Shown here: piece after piece, positions 1 to 13,540 of the stretch
Numbering within the stretch: the first letter of the stretch is position 1
Layout of the letters: each line of letters begins with the position of its first letter
Origin: Octopus sinensis
Taxonomy: Eukaryota
DNA length: 64,000 nucleotides
Assembly (NCBI RefSeq): GCF_006345805.1
Contig: NC_043001.1
Location: 99,758,001-99,822,000, forward strand
Reading direction: 5' to 3'
Translations under genes and position numbers: made by a program
Notes under the pieces: generated by a model
The model's database searches: none
The model's input: only the letters and a program-made list of their open reading frames with translations
What the model was told of the DNA's origin: nothing

Positions 1-80
1 CATTCATACATATACATCATCATCATTGTTGTCCTTCTCCTCATCATCATCAGCCTCATCTTCATCATCTTCCTCCTAAT

Positions 81-490
81 AGGCACAGGTGCGACTGTGT
101 GATTCGGAGCTGCTTCCCAACCACATAGTTCCAGGTTCAGTCCCACTGTGTGTCACCTTGGGAAAGTGTCTTCTACTATAACCTCAAGCCGACCAAAGCC
201 TTGTGAGTGGATTGGGTAGACAGAAACTGAAAGAAGCCTGCTGTATATATATATTATATGTATATATTTATTTGCATGTCTTTGTGTCTATGTCCTCCTA
301 CCATCACTTGACAACTGATGTTGGTGTGTTTATGTACCCATAACTTAGCAGTTCAGTTAAAGAGACTGATAGCATAAGTACTAGGCTTACAAAGAATAAT
401 TCCTGAGGTTGACTGTTTCAACTGAAAACCTTTCAAAGCAGTACTCCAGCATAGCTGAAGTCAAAATGACTGAAACAGGTAGAATAAAAG
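81..490 (+). mobile_element. tRNA-derived SINE (CORE-like, octopus OR-type) with central microsatellite
   Basis: Head GTGATT..GCTTCCCAACCACATAGTTCCAGGTTCAGTCCCACTG, CORE-like CACCTTGGGAAAGTGTCTT, body GACCAAAGCCTTGTGAGTGGATT..GAAACTGAAAGAAGCC. Same family at 1940-2110, 25700-25810(-), 30640-30750(-), 38285-38430, 38800-39005, 44450-44600, 61760-61900(-). Confidence 0.75.
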
Positions 491-505
491 AACCCTCCTC
501 CTTAT

Positions 506-1010
506 CATCATCATCATCATCACCAAAAACAACATCAGGTGTCTGTTTTCCATGCTGGCATGGGTTGGATGGTTTGACAAGATCTGCTGAGCTACAGAGC
601 TTCACTGAGCTCTAATGTCGGCTTTGGCAAGGCTTCTATGGGTGGATGCTCTTCTTATATGACCATCACCATCAACATTTAACTTCTGTTTTCTATGCTG
701 GCATGGGTTGGATGGCTTGGCAGGAACTTGCCAGGCCCTGCAGGTTCCAAAGTCTGTTTGGGCTTGGTTTCTTCAGCTGGAAGCCCTTCCTAATGCCAAC
801 CACATTTTTATGTGGCATTATCACCAGTGCTTTTTACATGGCACCAGCACCAACACCAGTGCTTATTATGGGACATCATGGTTTTAGGATCTCAATTCTG
901 TTGTGGTGGGTGGGTCTTTTTGGAGTATAGCAATGCACCTCCTGTCTTCGTCCTCTGCCATCTCTTTTGTTAGGCTCAGTATTTTGAGATCAGCCTTCAA
1001 TACTTTGTCC
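506..1010 (-). mobile_element. Two tandem 5'-truncated RTE LINE 3' ends
   Basis: (CAT)n followed by TTCCATGCTGGCATGGGTTGGATGG occurs twice; the second copy continues into the ORF end. Confidence 0.75.
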
Positions 1011-1639
1011 TTGTCCTCCTGGGTCTCCCTTTCCAACAATGTCCCTCCACTTCAAGTGTATACATGTGTGTGTGTGTTTGTGTATATAGTCCACTGACGA
1101 GGTCCAGAGTTTCTCAGTATAGAAGATACTCAGTAGTGCTCAAAAGATTCAAGCTTAGATTCTGATGTCTTTACAAGGGATTGAGACCACAAAATAAAGA
1201 ATGGCTGTAAGAGGGATCAAGTTGAGTAGATATAGAGGCAATTATATGAATAAACGAATTAGGTACATTAATTATGTTAATTATATTAAATATAACAGTT
1301 CGAATATGAAATACAAAGTATGTATATATGTATACATGCAACATGTGAGAAAGCAAAAGGTGGAACTTTCATAAGATGAATTTCTATGTATAAATCTAGA
1401 GATATTTATATTAATAAGTCCAACTTACACAGAGTACAAATGACAGAGAAAATTAAAAGGGTGGAAGAAAGGTGTTATAAGTCCAACAGCTGTTTTGCAG
1501 GGCTCAGAGATCCATAATAATGACGGTAGATGTGATTCATCTCAATATGTGGCTGTAATGGATACAATATAATCAACATTGAATGAGACCTCCATCATCA
1601 GGGTCGGGAAGATCTTACATATCAGATCTTAATGCAGAG

Positions 1640-1875
1640 AAGCTCAAAGAAGTTCATACTCCCAACTATTGTAGTTGATATATTTAATATAATTAATGTA
1701 CCTAATTTGTTTATTTGCATAATTACCCCCCTTCTCTTCCCCTCTCTCTCATTCCTTTCTGTCGAAGAACATAGGCTCAAAACATAAATGAATCTTCCAT
1801 TTTTCCTGAGTGTCAAACTGATACACCTGCTTGTTGTTCCTACACCTGTTTTTGTCTTGTTTTTCTGTAAATTTA
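1640..1875 (+). mobile_element. Short Penelope-type repeat with degenerate hammerhead motif
   Basis: CTGTCGAAGAACATAGGCTCAAAACATA at 1759-1786 and the downstream ~90 bp are homologous to 40351-40470. Confidence 0.5.
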
Positions 1876-1877
1876 AA

Positions 1878-1929
<52 letters not shown>

Positions 1930-1938
1930 CATATATAT
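1878..1938. repeat. (TA)n microsatellite
   Basis: Direct reading. Similar (TA)n/(CA)n tracts at 14160-14240, 36448-36490, 38420-38462, 39825-39955, 40470-40540, 41225-41345, 46955-47025, 49600-49685, 62700-62750. Confidence 0.95.
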
Positions 1939-2859
1939 GAGGGGAAGTGTGGTTAAGAAGTTTGCTTCCCAACCACATGATTTTGGGGTTACTCCCACTG
2001 TGACACCTTGGGGAACTGATTTCTACTTTAGCCCTAGGCCAACCAAAGACTTATATGAGTGGATTTTCTGGATGGAAACTGAAAAAGCCTGTCATATATA
2101 TACTTGCATGTCTGTGCATGTATGTATATATGTGCAACCACAGTTTCTGTCAAATAGTAACTTGAGTCTAACTTGAGTCATTGGTAGAAGTCACCAAGTT
2201 GCTGCACTGTGGGCCTGAGCCCAAGATTGTGAAGTGATCTTTACAGTAATGTCTGCACCTCAGCCATGCTATCACGCATCAATGTAATATTTCTATGACC
2301 ATGAAAAATGAAGTGTGTTAGTCAATATATCTTTGTGGCTTACAAATTCTTTACACTTTTTACAGTTCCAACAAGGTAACAATGTGCTATTAAGTTTCTC
2401 CGAGGATTAAAATGGTTTAGTAGTGTTAACAATATGAGAGGTTTGGGAGAGTGAAGATTAGTAACAGTAGTATTTGGAAAAATTCATCTTAACTTGAAAT
2501 CACTTAATGAAGTAGTGACTCCACAGAAGAAGCTGATAACATTGGCCCATTCGCAGTATTTTCCGGATTAGCAGATGTGCTTCAGGGAAAAACTATTTAG
2601 AAGTTATTTGACTGCCAAGTAGTTTCTTTACTGGAGAAGATTTGTAGACACCAATTGCATTGTGATGGTTGATTGAACAGAAGTTTTAATAAATATTTAT
2701 TAAAACATTTCAGTTGATGGACTTGAACGATTTAATGCAGACTTAATTGCTTTCAGAGCCATTTCTGGTATGCCATTAGTTTTGGAGTATAGGTTGGACT
2801 TTTAATTTTCTTACTGTCAAATCAGTTTAACCATTCCTTTAACTGAAAGTTAAAGTTTT

Positions 2860-3030
2860 TTTCCATGTCTTTGGCTACATATTTCTCCTGCAGCTGTCTT
2901 ACCAGAAATATAGCATCAGTGGTGCTTTTCCCTGGCACAAAACCAAACTGTATCTCATCTAAACTAACTCTCTCCCAAATTAGTTGGGCTATGACCCTCT
3001 CCATGAAAGATATCAGATTATTTCTGATAT
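2860..3030 (-). mobile_element. RTE LINE reverse-transcriptase fragment
   Basis: Translation MERVIAQLIWERVSLDEIQFGFVPGKSTTDAIFLVRQLQEKY, matching the RTE QFGF..G.STTDAIF motif. Confidence 0.85.
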
Positions 3031-3589
3031 CTTTCCCAATATACAATCATTAAAAAGTAAATAAATTAAACTAATTTTAGTAATTATGCCTAGAATATGA
3101 AGATGATGTTATTACATAACTTTATTCAGGTTACATTCATTTCCTATGGCTAGAGGAAGTATTTCATAGCTATAAGTTAGTTTGTATGGGAGCTTTTTAT
3201 GTGGCTCCAGCAACGATGAACCTGCAAGGTTAGGAATACTCAGCTGGAGAGAGATGCCGGGGACAGCCTGTGTGCAAGGATAACCATTCTTTTACTTAGC
3301 TTGACATGTCTTTTCAAGAACAGCAAAGCATCAGGAGTCTCCGTTGAGAACGACTTAAATCGAAATGACTTAAGCCAAGGTATGCCCGTATAAGTAAATA
3401 TATATACATATTATTGGATATTATATGAAATGAATGGCTTATGCCTGGTAGCTTACTGGTAAAGCACAGTCACTTTCACAGGGTTCATTATGTATTTCGT
3501 TAATGTGAGACAGAAGAAGGAAGATATGAGAGTTTTTATTAATGCCTATAATTGTTCCTGCACATGATTAACCCGTTTGGTGGAATTTG

Positions 3590-5580
3590 TCTGGGCAGAG
3601 TGTTGTTCAAACAATGGGATCTGGGAACTTTAACTGCTCCATCAGACTGCCTTTCAGCTGGGGCTGGGAGAAAGTAGGCAAGATGATCGTTGAAGTTCCA
3701 GTGAATTGCATTTCACTCTAGCTGTGAGAAAAGTGATGACCATTTTCATGGGGAGGTATTTACTAGACAAAATACCCAAAGTATCTAGTTTTGCTGCCAG
3801 TGGTAGTAATCATTGGCTAGGCTCTGGGGCAGTTGCTAAGGAGAAGATGCTGAAGGGACCCTCTTTCAGTACACAAGAGTTAGGATGGTGTTTCACTCAT
3901 GCCCCGTATGTGAAAATTTGTTGAACTTGATGAAGTGTTGTAGACAGCTTAGATCAGAAATATGTCAACTCCCCTCCCCGAGCCCTGGCCAAGTAATGTT
4001 CCACTATTGTGTATTAGTCCACCTTGTCCAGTCTTCTTTGCTGAATACCATCATCTTGCTAGCCCTTGTTTCTTCAATGCTTGAGTGAACTTCTTGGAGT
4101 ATGTTTTCACTCTTTTCCTTTGGCACTTTCAATCCAGCAAATTGGGAGGCAACCTGAGCCTGATTGCCCTCATGCCACCATTCCAACTAGAGCCTCTGTC
4201 TCAACCATTCCTCTGCTACATGGAAATTGTGAGATTGGCCCATACAGAATGGTGCTGCTTAAGCTTCTTAGTAAGCTAAGACATCTCAAAAGACTTAATT
4301 TTCCCTCCAAGGTTTCCAGAATTGACACACTGACATCGTATAACAAAATAGGTAACAAAAATTCTGGACAGGGTGGCATGAAGGTACATTGAAGCTTTGA
4401 AGTGACAGGGCAGTCAAGATTTGTTGACCTTAATAAGCCAGTTCTCAACTTTTCTGCTGGTTTTGTGAATGGAAATTGTGTCATTTAGCTCTTGATTGGT
4501 TGTTCTGTCATGGTTAGAATGGCAGTGCCAGACAAGCTGAAGCAAAGCTGTTCCACCATGCTTTCTTTTCTTAGCACAAAAGACCTCAATTTTGATGATT
4601 TGAAGCTCGTCCCTGCCCATAAAATAAGCTACTCAAGTCCTTGAAAGATCCTCCTGCCACCAGTGGCTGTTGATGTTGTTGTTACGGTCAGGTCATCCAT
4701 GAAAGCTCTTATGGGTGTGGATGTTGTATGACAGATTTCGACTGAGTCCTTCATGCTCCACTCCTGCTGACTTGACCACCATGTTCATGGTGAGGGTGAA
4801 AATGATTACTGGGGTGGTGCAGCCAGTTATAACACCCTTCCCCAACCTGTACTACGTGGATGCTGTAGATCCAGAGGTGACTCTCCTCTGCAAGACACAA
4901 TAACAAACCAGAATGAGGTTGGGGATCTTCCTGGAGATGTGGTGTCATTGAATAACTTCTTATTCCAGCTTGTGTAGCTATATGCTTTTTGTTCTTTCTC
5001 TTTATTTGTTTCCTGTGCTCTTCTCTCCAAAGAATGATAAACGTCTTGAGGATATCTTACAGCTTAGCAAGTGGTTGATGTTCTTCATAAGTTCCCTTCT
5101 TCTCTTTGACTGCTCTCAATTCCTGCCAAAGATGTAGTATCCTGGTGGCTCCGCAGTTTTTGTTGTAGAATTTCTTGCTACCTCCTCTTCCCGGGCAGGG
5201 CTTTTTGTCTTTGCCTATTTCTGTGCAACTGAATCTGACAAATACATAGCTAACACTGATTGTTGTTTGTGCTCCCTGTCCACTCTCAGTGTAGCTCTTA
5301 AGTGTTGATCGTAGGATTTCGCACACAACTTCCACAAACTGCTGCTACTTACACTTGTTTTCCAGAGGCCATTCGATATCCTGAACAATTCCATGGAATC
5401 TCGGGTACAGGTACATGGAGGGATTCAGCACTGTTGGGTGAGTCCTGGCTGGATTCCTCCTTCATCTCACTAGGGTCTGCTCCTGTGTGTTGCACCTGAT
5501 GGTATTTTTTGTTCTTTTTTAGATCATACAGGTTTTTACAACCTCCTCATCAGATGCACACTGTTTTCTTTATCTTTTTA
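3590..5580 (-). mobile_element. Degraded HERO-like RLE non-LTR retrotransposon
   Basis: Motifs in order across frameshifts: N-terminal C-x-C..CKN knuckle (~5560-5500), GKGVITGCTTPVIIF (~4845-4795), PIRAFMDDLTV (4715-4683), RSLSSTILYG, EETRASKM..WTRW, a GSLQHL..CP knuckle, and QLKFPDPIV.TTLCPD (~3640-3590). Confidence 0.75.
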
Positions 5581-5839
5581 TCATTTGAATGTGTTGAAAT
5601 TCGTAAGTTCTTTCTGTTGGAGATCTCATTCTCCCTACCTGTTGGCATACATACAATATGCATACATACACATATGTGTATTTACATGTTTGCCTTTTAT
5701 TCTTTGAAATATCTACTGCTTGAATATAATTTTGAAATACATGGAAGTTATGAAGAAAACATCATTTAAAAAAAAATCTTGTGAGCAAGATATGGTTCTC
5801 TGTCTGTCTCTCTCTCTCTATATATATATATAACTTACT

Positions 5840-6950
5840 GGAAACTACAGACCAAATCTGTCACTGGTGTAAAGTTCCAACCAGACCTAGGGTGAAATGG
5901 TGGTGGAACAATGTAGTTGACAGGGCCATTAAAGCAAAGAAACAGGCCTGGAAGAACTGGAAGGGTGGCAGTAGCAAAAGACTACATTAGATAGCTAGAA
6001 GGGAAGCTAGGAAGTAGGAATACTTAGGAAGCAGAAAGGTAGAAGTTTGCCAATGTTCTGTGGCATGAGGACTTGTGGCTCGAGGTGTTTTGGTTTTCAA
6101 GACAGTCATCATCATCATCGTTGTTAAACGTCTGCTTTCCATGCTGGCATGGGTTGGACAGTTTGACTGAAGACTGGCAAGCCAGAAGGCTGCACCAGGC
6201 TCCGATCTGATCTGGCAGTGTTTCTACAGCTGGATGCCCTTCCTAACACCAACCACTCCGTGAGTGTAGTGGTGCTTTTACGTGCCGCTGGCATGAGAAC
6301 CAGTCAGGCGGTACTTGCAACATTCACGCTCAAAAGGTGTTTTTTACATGCCATCTGCATGGGATCCAGTCCAGCGGCACTGGCAACGACCATGCTCAGA
6401 TGTTGTTTTCCACATGCCACAGGCACATGTACCAGTAAGGCGACATTGTAAGAGAGAAGTGAGTTTGCATGGATGATAGTTCACTTGCAGTCAGTGAATC
6501 TGCAAAGAAAGAGGCTTGAAAGTGCCGCTATGAAAGACTGCTAAATGTAAGGAACACATGGGAGAAGGAGAGTCTGCCTAATGTGTACCCAACAGAAGGA
6601 CCAGCTATCCAAATAGACAGTAATTTGGTACGTAAAGTTATATGTAGGATATGAAGACAGGAAAAGCCCCTTGCCTATCAGAAATCACTGCTGAGATGCT
6701 TAAAATATCTAACAGAGTAGGATATGGTCTAGTCGCTCTTATAGTTGATCAGGTTGTCCATGAGGGAGTCATACCCAATGACTGGTATAGGAGCATTAAT
6801 AATCAACTGCTACAAAGGTAAATGTGATGTCCTTGTCAGAAATAATTACAGAGGTATCCAGTTGTTGGACAAGGTGTTAAAAGTTACAGAAAGGGTTATA
6901 GCTTTATTTAATTAGGAAGAGAGTTAGTCTAAATGAGATGCAGGACTGTC
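5840..6950 (+). mobile_element. RTE LINE internal fragment interrupted by a nested RTE 3' end (6105-6450, minus)
   Basis: KWWWNNVVDRAIKAKKQAWKNWK; later RKRVSLNEMQ, like the 2860 fragment. Confidence 0.7.
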
Positions 6951-7419
6951 TGCAGCTAAAAAATAACCTGTAAAATTATGCAAAGATTGTCATTGTGATA
7001 TTCCCTACTTACAAGAAAACCACTGTAAATCAAAACCTTTTGTTCTTATGTGCAAGGTATACCCACTCTCATAGGAAGAGCACATGAGACATATGGGAAC
7101 ATCATTAAAAAAAACCCCAAAAAACAGAACAACCACTTGAGTAACATCAAAAAGCAAGAAAAGCAATATTGAAGCCCCAGCTGTTTTGCTCCATCACCTC
7201 AGTGCACAATCTGTTTCCCACACCCCTAAAAATGCCTAAAATATCATCTAGAAAAGCAAAGATCATGATTGGAAATTTCAATAGCCACAATATGTAGTAG
7301 AGACACAAGGACGACAACCAGCACAGAGAGAAATGCAGTTGAAGTAGGGGCTGAAAGCAACAAGATTAATTTGATCCACAATACTAAACAACCAAAGTCA
7401 TTCTACAGGAGATAATTAC

Positions 7420-7535
7420 AGCCAAAGTACATGGCTTCATTAATTCTCACTAGCTATTCATCTATTCCTAGCTTCTGCCATAACCACCAGATCAGGGACT
7501 GAAGGTACCTGTCAAAGGCTTTCACCTGGTCCCCA
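7420..7535 (-). mobile_element. RTE RT fragment
   Basis: DQVKAFDRY..LIWWLWQKLGIDE, matching the DLEKAFDRVP motif. Confidence 0.55.
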
Positions 7536-8897
7536 GATGCCTAATAGAGCAATTTAGATTTAGAAAGATATTGTGATGCTTGCAAATGTTGTCGGTGTTT
7601 GAAGTTTGAAGAGGATGACATGGCTGAGTTGCTAGTGTTTCATTGAGATAGATTATTTAATGAGGAGCTGATGCTGTTTAAAGAAGAAGATGAGAATACA
7701 GAAATTCCACCGAGTTCACACACTGAGCTGTACAAAGAGATGATGCATCATAAGCACCAAACAAGTCTGGATAAGTCTTTTGTTCCCTCAAGTAGATATT
7801 GAGATATTGATTACGATGAACTATAAGACAAAAGACAGAGTTCCTCATCCTTCGAGTAACTTGCATTTCACCACCTCCACTTTCTCTGAAACAGTAATCA
7901 ACATCTTCTGTGGTAAAAACATACCCTACTATCAAATTATTTATTCTTATTTATTCCCTAAAATGTTTCTCTCCTGATGTTTTCATGTATGGATATTGTA
8001 TTGTGTATATTTATTTAGAAATTATTTCTATGCATAAAAATGACTGTGCAGCTTGTTTGTTTTCCTTTTTTTTTGTTGAAAAACATGTTATAACCCATTA
8101 TAACAAAATGATTTTCCTATTTCAGGATTTTTGAGTTAGGACAATTTTTTCTTCCATAACATGATGGATTTTTGTATTCTAATCCTAGTATGCAACATGA
8201 TCAGGTAACAGGAACACCAGAAGAAGGGAACACAAACAACTGCAAGTATTTCACAACCTTTTCTTAGTTAAGGTAATTTGTTTAAATGTTTTCTTCTTCA
8301 TAGGAGTAGGACATATTATAAGAGATCAATATTATCTCTTTCCTTCGTTCACCCCTCTATTTCATTGTTTTACCTCTTTTGCTGCTCACCCCCACTTATC
8401 TATTCTCCTTTATTTTATTTTCTCCAGGTTTTGCCTTAAGAAGGAGAGCTTTTTGCTTTTTTGTCCTTGACCATTAGGGAATGAAAAATTTTGAATCTTC
8501 AGCTTAAAATACGATATCAAATAAGTAGAAATATATTAGTTTCATATTGGAGAGATTTTATTATGGATGTTAGTTACACATGTGGGATTAATATTTAAAA
8601 TATAACAATCCGATGGCGAACTTTTTAAAAATGAGGTTAGAGTTGTGTTCTAAAATTCCGATGGTCACACTAAAGCATTTGCACAGAGAATAAAACCATA
8701 AAACTGCATCTTGTGTTTGTTTAAAGAGCTGAAACAAGTTTGAAATGTTTGTTTAAGTACAGGAGTTTAGGTCATATCTAAACTGATAGAGCAGGAGAAG
8801 TAAGTGAAAATAATGGGATTCAAAGCAATAGCAGCTGAATAGGAGGAGACCTTGTATGGTTATCTGAAAACAATTGATTGAAACAGGAAACACTTAC

Positions 8898-8984
8898 TTC
8901 GACATATACTATTTTTTCTTTGATACTGATGTTTTTCTGCTTCTTGTGCTGTGCGTGGTGGTGTGTACCATCTTCCATATCTCA
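8898..8984 (-). CDS. Candidate 87-nt exon of an unidentified host gene
   Basis: Acceptor TTTATATTTTCCAAATTTTTTTCAG| and donor GAA|GTAAGT. Phase-1 frame is open (RYGRWYTPPRTAQEAEKHQYQRKNSICR); an internal ATG gives MEDGTHHHAQHKKQKNISIKEKIVYVE. No homology recognised. Confidence 0.35.
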
Positions 8985-9552
8985 CTGAAAAAAATTTGGA
9001 AAATATAAACGGTATGGATTATTTCTGTATTTGACTCAAATTAATTGAAAAAGGCAAATATTATAAGTTTTAAAGGTAATAACAAGTCAGAAATACTTTT
9101 AAGCTTCAGTGATTAAAAAATAAAGCATTTTAATGCAGAATAGATAAAAAAAATAATGGTGGTGCTCTAGAGTGGCCAAAACTTATTGATTGAAATGAGT
9201 AAAGGAATAAAGAAGAAAAACCACTTACAACAAAGGCTTAATAGACTTTATAAGCGTAAAATGGATTTTAGCTAGACTCTAATTTAATATCAATTTTATA
9301 CTTATACTTTACAAATATAATTTTAGTTAGAATAACTGCGTTATGCAATATTTACACCAGCAGTTTACATTCCATGTGAATAAAATCAAATTTGTCATGC
9401 TTCCCCAAAAGATTTTGATGCAATTTCTACATGTAGATTCAAATAATTTCTTGGGTTTTAATACTGCAACATGTAATGGCCACTTCATTTTTCTTTTTGT
9501 CATTTTAAAAATAGTTTTTGTGTCTTTGTAAATTTTAAAGTCAATCGAAATC

Positions 9553-9975
9553 ATCATCATCATCATCATCATCATTGTTTAATGCCTGCTTTCCATGCTG
9601 GTGTGGGTTGGATGGTTTGACATGGAACTGTCCAGACTACAATTGTCTGCTGTGGCATGGTTTCTATGGTTGGATGCCCTTCCTAATGCCAACCCCTTGG
9701 CAGATGTGTGCTGGGTGCTTTACGCAGCACCGGCACCTAATGTGATGGGTCTGTATGTATGGAAGACAGCAATTCTACTTAGCTTGAGATGTCTTATCAA
9801 GTACAGCAAATTGCCACATCTGCCTATCCCTTGTGATTTTCTCAGTGAGGCCCAGCGTCCCAAGATCCTTTTTCACCACTTTGTCCCATGTCTTCCTAGT
9901 TTTCCTCTTAATTCATTTACACTCTGTTGTGCATGCACACTGACGTTACCCATCCAGCAGAACACACTAGCTTGA
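9553..9975 (-). mobile_element. RTE LINE 3' end (ORF terminus, UTR, tail)
   Basis: (CAT)n tail, GGATGCCCTTCCTAATGCCAACC block, ORF-end block TCTTATCAAGTACAGCA..GAGGCCCAGCGTCCCAAGATC. Confidence 0.8.
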
Positions 9976-10699
9976 AATGTTAGTCCTAATTTGAAGAGCT
10001 GTCTGCATAAGTCTTTTGTTGAAAGAAATGTTTCTTATTTAGACTACAAACCAACGAATACCTCAATAACATTATAATCATCATCACAAACAATGGTTTA
10101 TCATTAACCAAAATATATTACACTATTGAATATCCAGTCTGACATACATTTCTCCCATTACTGTTTATAATGTTGGAAGTTAATATTTTAGTATTGACTT
10201 GTTTAAAAATAGATTTAATGTTTCCCTTTATTTAAAGAAAGGAGAAGGGTTACATTTAAACTGATAGTTAGGGACTAAACACCAGTTAATATTGCAATTG
10301 GAAAATCATAATTTAAACCAAAAGATACCTGCTGATGATATTAACAACCTATCAACCTAGGGCCAACTTATCCACACACATATAAGATAAATCTTGAGTT
10401 TAAACAAAACATTTGTCTGCATTTTACAGCTTACACAAGCAGAGGCATTCAATGGTAATATCAGTTTTATGGGGTGGTGTGTGAAGAACATATGACTGGG
10501 TCAGGGAAGGAAGATTTAAGGAGTGACAGTAATAAGGAGACAATGTGCAGTAAGGAGATAAATTGTATCATTTACTGCAACTGGGTGAGTGGTGCTGTAG
10601 TTAGAATGATGGACGGATCAGTGTTTGAAGATTTTGTGGGGTAAAGGTTTGATAGAACTGAATTTTTGCTGATACAGTCAGGTCTTCTCAAGGACTGCA

Positions 10700-12140
10700 T
10701 ATATCTTGTGCCTTTATCTTCTTCATGGTCCTCTATATCTTGAGGTCAGCCTTCACCACTTCACCCCACATCTTCTGGGGTGGGGGTCTTCCTCTTCCGA
10801 TGGATCTGTTCATGCTTAGTGATCAATATTTCCTTATGTTGCTCTTCTCATCCATTCACATCATATGATTGTACCACTCTTCTTTCTTGTACATACATTT
10901 CATGTCTCTTTTGTCCAGTTTTTCTCCCAACACATTTCTTTGTCATACATGTACATTGACTTTGCCCATCCACTGGAACAAGCTAGCTTCATTTTTTTTT
11001 AGTCCTTGCATGTCTTATACATTCAAAGCCTACATTTCACTACCATGTAACACTTCTTTGCATACACAAGCATCATATATTCTGCCTTTTACTCTGAAAG
11101 AGGGTAACCTTTTGTTAGCAACAAAGGTAATAACTCTCTGAACTTTTTCCAGAAAGTTCTTATTCTAGCAACTACATTTTCAGAACATCCTCCTCCACTG
11201 CTAATTAGAACATGTAAGTAATAGAAGCTATCCATAACTTCTAAGGATCCTCTAGGGCATTTAAGGAAATCTGTTTCTTGTGTGTTCTTAGAGTTCATTG
11301 TTCCTGCACACCTGTCACACACAGACAACTTTCTCTGTTAATCTGCCAGTGATTCCACTGCACCTCTATGTATTCATAATTTGCATTAAGTACACTATAT
11401 GTAATTTCTACCAACACCTCTTCTTCACATTGAACAGGGCCATTTATCTAGAGAGCTTAGTGCACTGTCAGCTTTCTTGGTTATTAGAACCTTTTTCAAA
11501 GTTAACTTTAAAACCCTTTAATTCTGAGCTTTTCTTCCATACCTAGAATTTTATTTCTAATTCTGCTAAAGTTTTGACTATAAGTACAAGGTCATCAACA
11601 AAGAGGAACTTCCACAGGGAACCAATTTTAAACTCCTTTGTTATGACTGGAACAACTTTGATAAATAGAAAGGGACTGATAACTGATCCCTGGTAAAGTC
11701 CTATATGCACACCAAATTTAATGATGCACTTAATACTAACTCTCACCTTACTGGGAGTACCTTGTACATGGATCTCACCAGCCATTCATTTACTTTTAGC
11801 TTCTATAACAACAACCAGATCAAAGAGTGAGGGACTCTGTTAAAGGCTTTCTCCAGGTAACTGAATGCTGAGTATAGCAGTTTAGCTTAGAATAAATACT
11901 TCTCCTGCAGCTGCCTTACTAGAAAGAGTGCATCAATAGTACTTCTCCCATGTGCAAAACTAAACTAAATCTAATCTAGCAATAACTCTTTCTGTAACTT
12001 TCATGACCTGGTCTAGCAAGTTGGTATCTTTGTGGATTACTTCTCTATAGTGCATCTAATGCAACTAACTACTTGTAACATCTGACTACAAGCTGTGCTA
12101 CTAGTTGATGGGGATCATGCACTGTGGACTAGTACTGAGA
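10700..12140 (-). mobile_element. RTE LINE RT and C-terminal fragment
   Basis: GLYQGSVISPFLF..KFLFVDDLVL (11543-11785); SSGGGCSENVVARIRTFWKKFRELLPLL (11089-11230). Confidence 0.85.
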
Positions 12141-12399
12141 AATTATAGGATAAAATCTTGAAACCAAATAATCTGGAGAAAAAGGTATGACAGACAGATT
12201 TGGTGTGCAAGGGTGAGATGGTAACTCAAGAAAATTACTGAACAGAGGTCTTGTGAGTCACGTTTTGTAGTCAGTGATTGAAAAGATGAACAGTACAACC
12301 TGTACTATGAACCCTGACTGGTTGGGATTGATTGCTCATCCACACTGAAAGTTGACTGATTGATTACTGGGAAGTATCATACCTAATAACTGGTGTTGT

Positions 12400-13540
12400 A
12401 GTACCATTATCACCTGCTACATGGTAAAGGAAATGCTCTGGGACAAAGGAATGAAGTTGTTGGATCACAATACGAAAGTAACAGAAAGTGTTATAATACT
12501 AGAGAATTAGCTTAAATAAGATGCAGTTCAGGTTTATACTAGAACAGGATACTATTGAAACCCTCTTTCAAAGAGATAACTTACAGGAGTTCTTAGCTAA
12601 GATTAAGGCAGGCACTGTATCTAGTGTTTGTCGGTCTGGAAGATGACTTTGACAGAGTACCACATTCTGTAGTCTTATGATTGCTAAGAAAAGTAGGTAC
12701 TCATGACTAAGCAGTGCAATATGTGTACAAGTACCACCAGTAAGTTGAGCATTAGCAATGATCTCTCAAATAACCAGAGAAGATATTTCAAGCATGGAAA
12801 TAATAGAAAGACCTCAAAATAAACCTAACAAACTTTCAGTTTTCATGAAAGAAACCAAGAGTCTGGATTCTACTGGTATTAGAGAGGTCACAATGTCCTT
12901 TACACCAAAGAGTGGGGGGTAGGAACTTGTAATATATATGTGATGTACCCTGTAGGTTCAAATGATGCAGTGGGATTACAAGTGGGCTGACAGAAGAAAT
13001 AATTTGTATTTTGGAGATACACAAGATAGACATGATATTTTTGTTCAAATTCTTGGAATATTCTCTGTCAGTAGTTGATATGTTTCTAAGGTAACCTATT
13101 GATAGTGATAGTGAGCATTCTGAAAACATAAAATCCAATGTAAGGAGCTATTACCTCTGCTGGCAATGAGAGGTTTCTTTCTCTGAACAAAGGGTTGTAG
13201 GATATTTGTTTACAAAGTGTGATGTATTATCTGCTAATCAATTGTAATATGCAAGAGAGACTACTGTGCTAATACAGACATGTGATGTGTATGGATGTTG
13301 GTAGCTGGGTAAAGAAGTATCAAGCTTAGGGCAAGGAACATGTAAAAAAAGAAAGACTAAGAAGAACATGGGTAGAAGTGATAAAGGCTGATCTCTGGAA
13401 GCCGAAGCAGATAAAACAAAAGGTCAAAGGTTAGCAAGTTGTGAGATACTGTATAGGTGACAATCCACTCAATCCATGCCAGCATAGAAAAACTGATGTA
13501 AAAATGGAGTTGTTGTCATTCTTGACGATGATGATGGTGG
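12400..13540 (+). mobile_element. Degraded RTE LINE (RT to tail)
   Basis: LVFVGLEDDFDRVP (~12620-12662), ELLPLLA (~13144), (GAT)n tail at ~13524-13536. Confidence 0.65.

Noticed and set aside
3241-3380. Signal-peptide-like open frame ending at AAG|GTATGC
   Set aside because: No start codon; 3290-3340 resembles the reverse RTE ORF-end block.
5523-5602. Plus-strand 80-nt exon with strong splice-like sites
   Set aside because: The minus strand encodes the N-terminal knuckle of the HERO-like element.
10430-10454. Plus-strand micro-exon candidates (10430-10454; also 2366-2375 and the donor at 28016)
   Set aside because: Such short AG..GT pairs are expected by chance in AT-rich DNA, and there is no supporting gene context.
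12836-13138. 100-aa minus ORF with a good acceptor at ~13120 as the next caspase exon
   Set aside because: No p10 similarity; the plus strand is RTE coding remnant.
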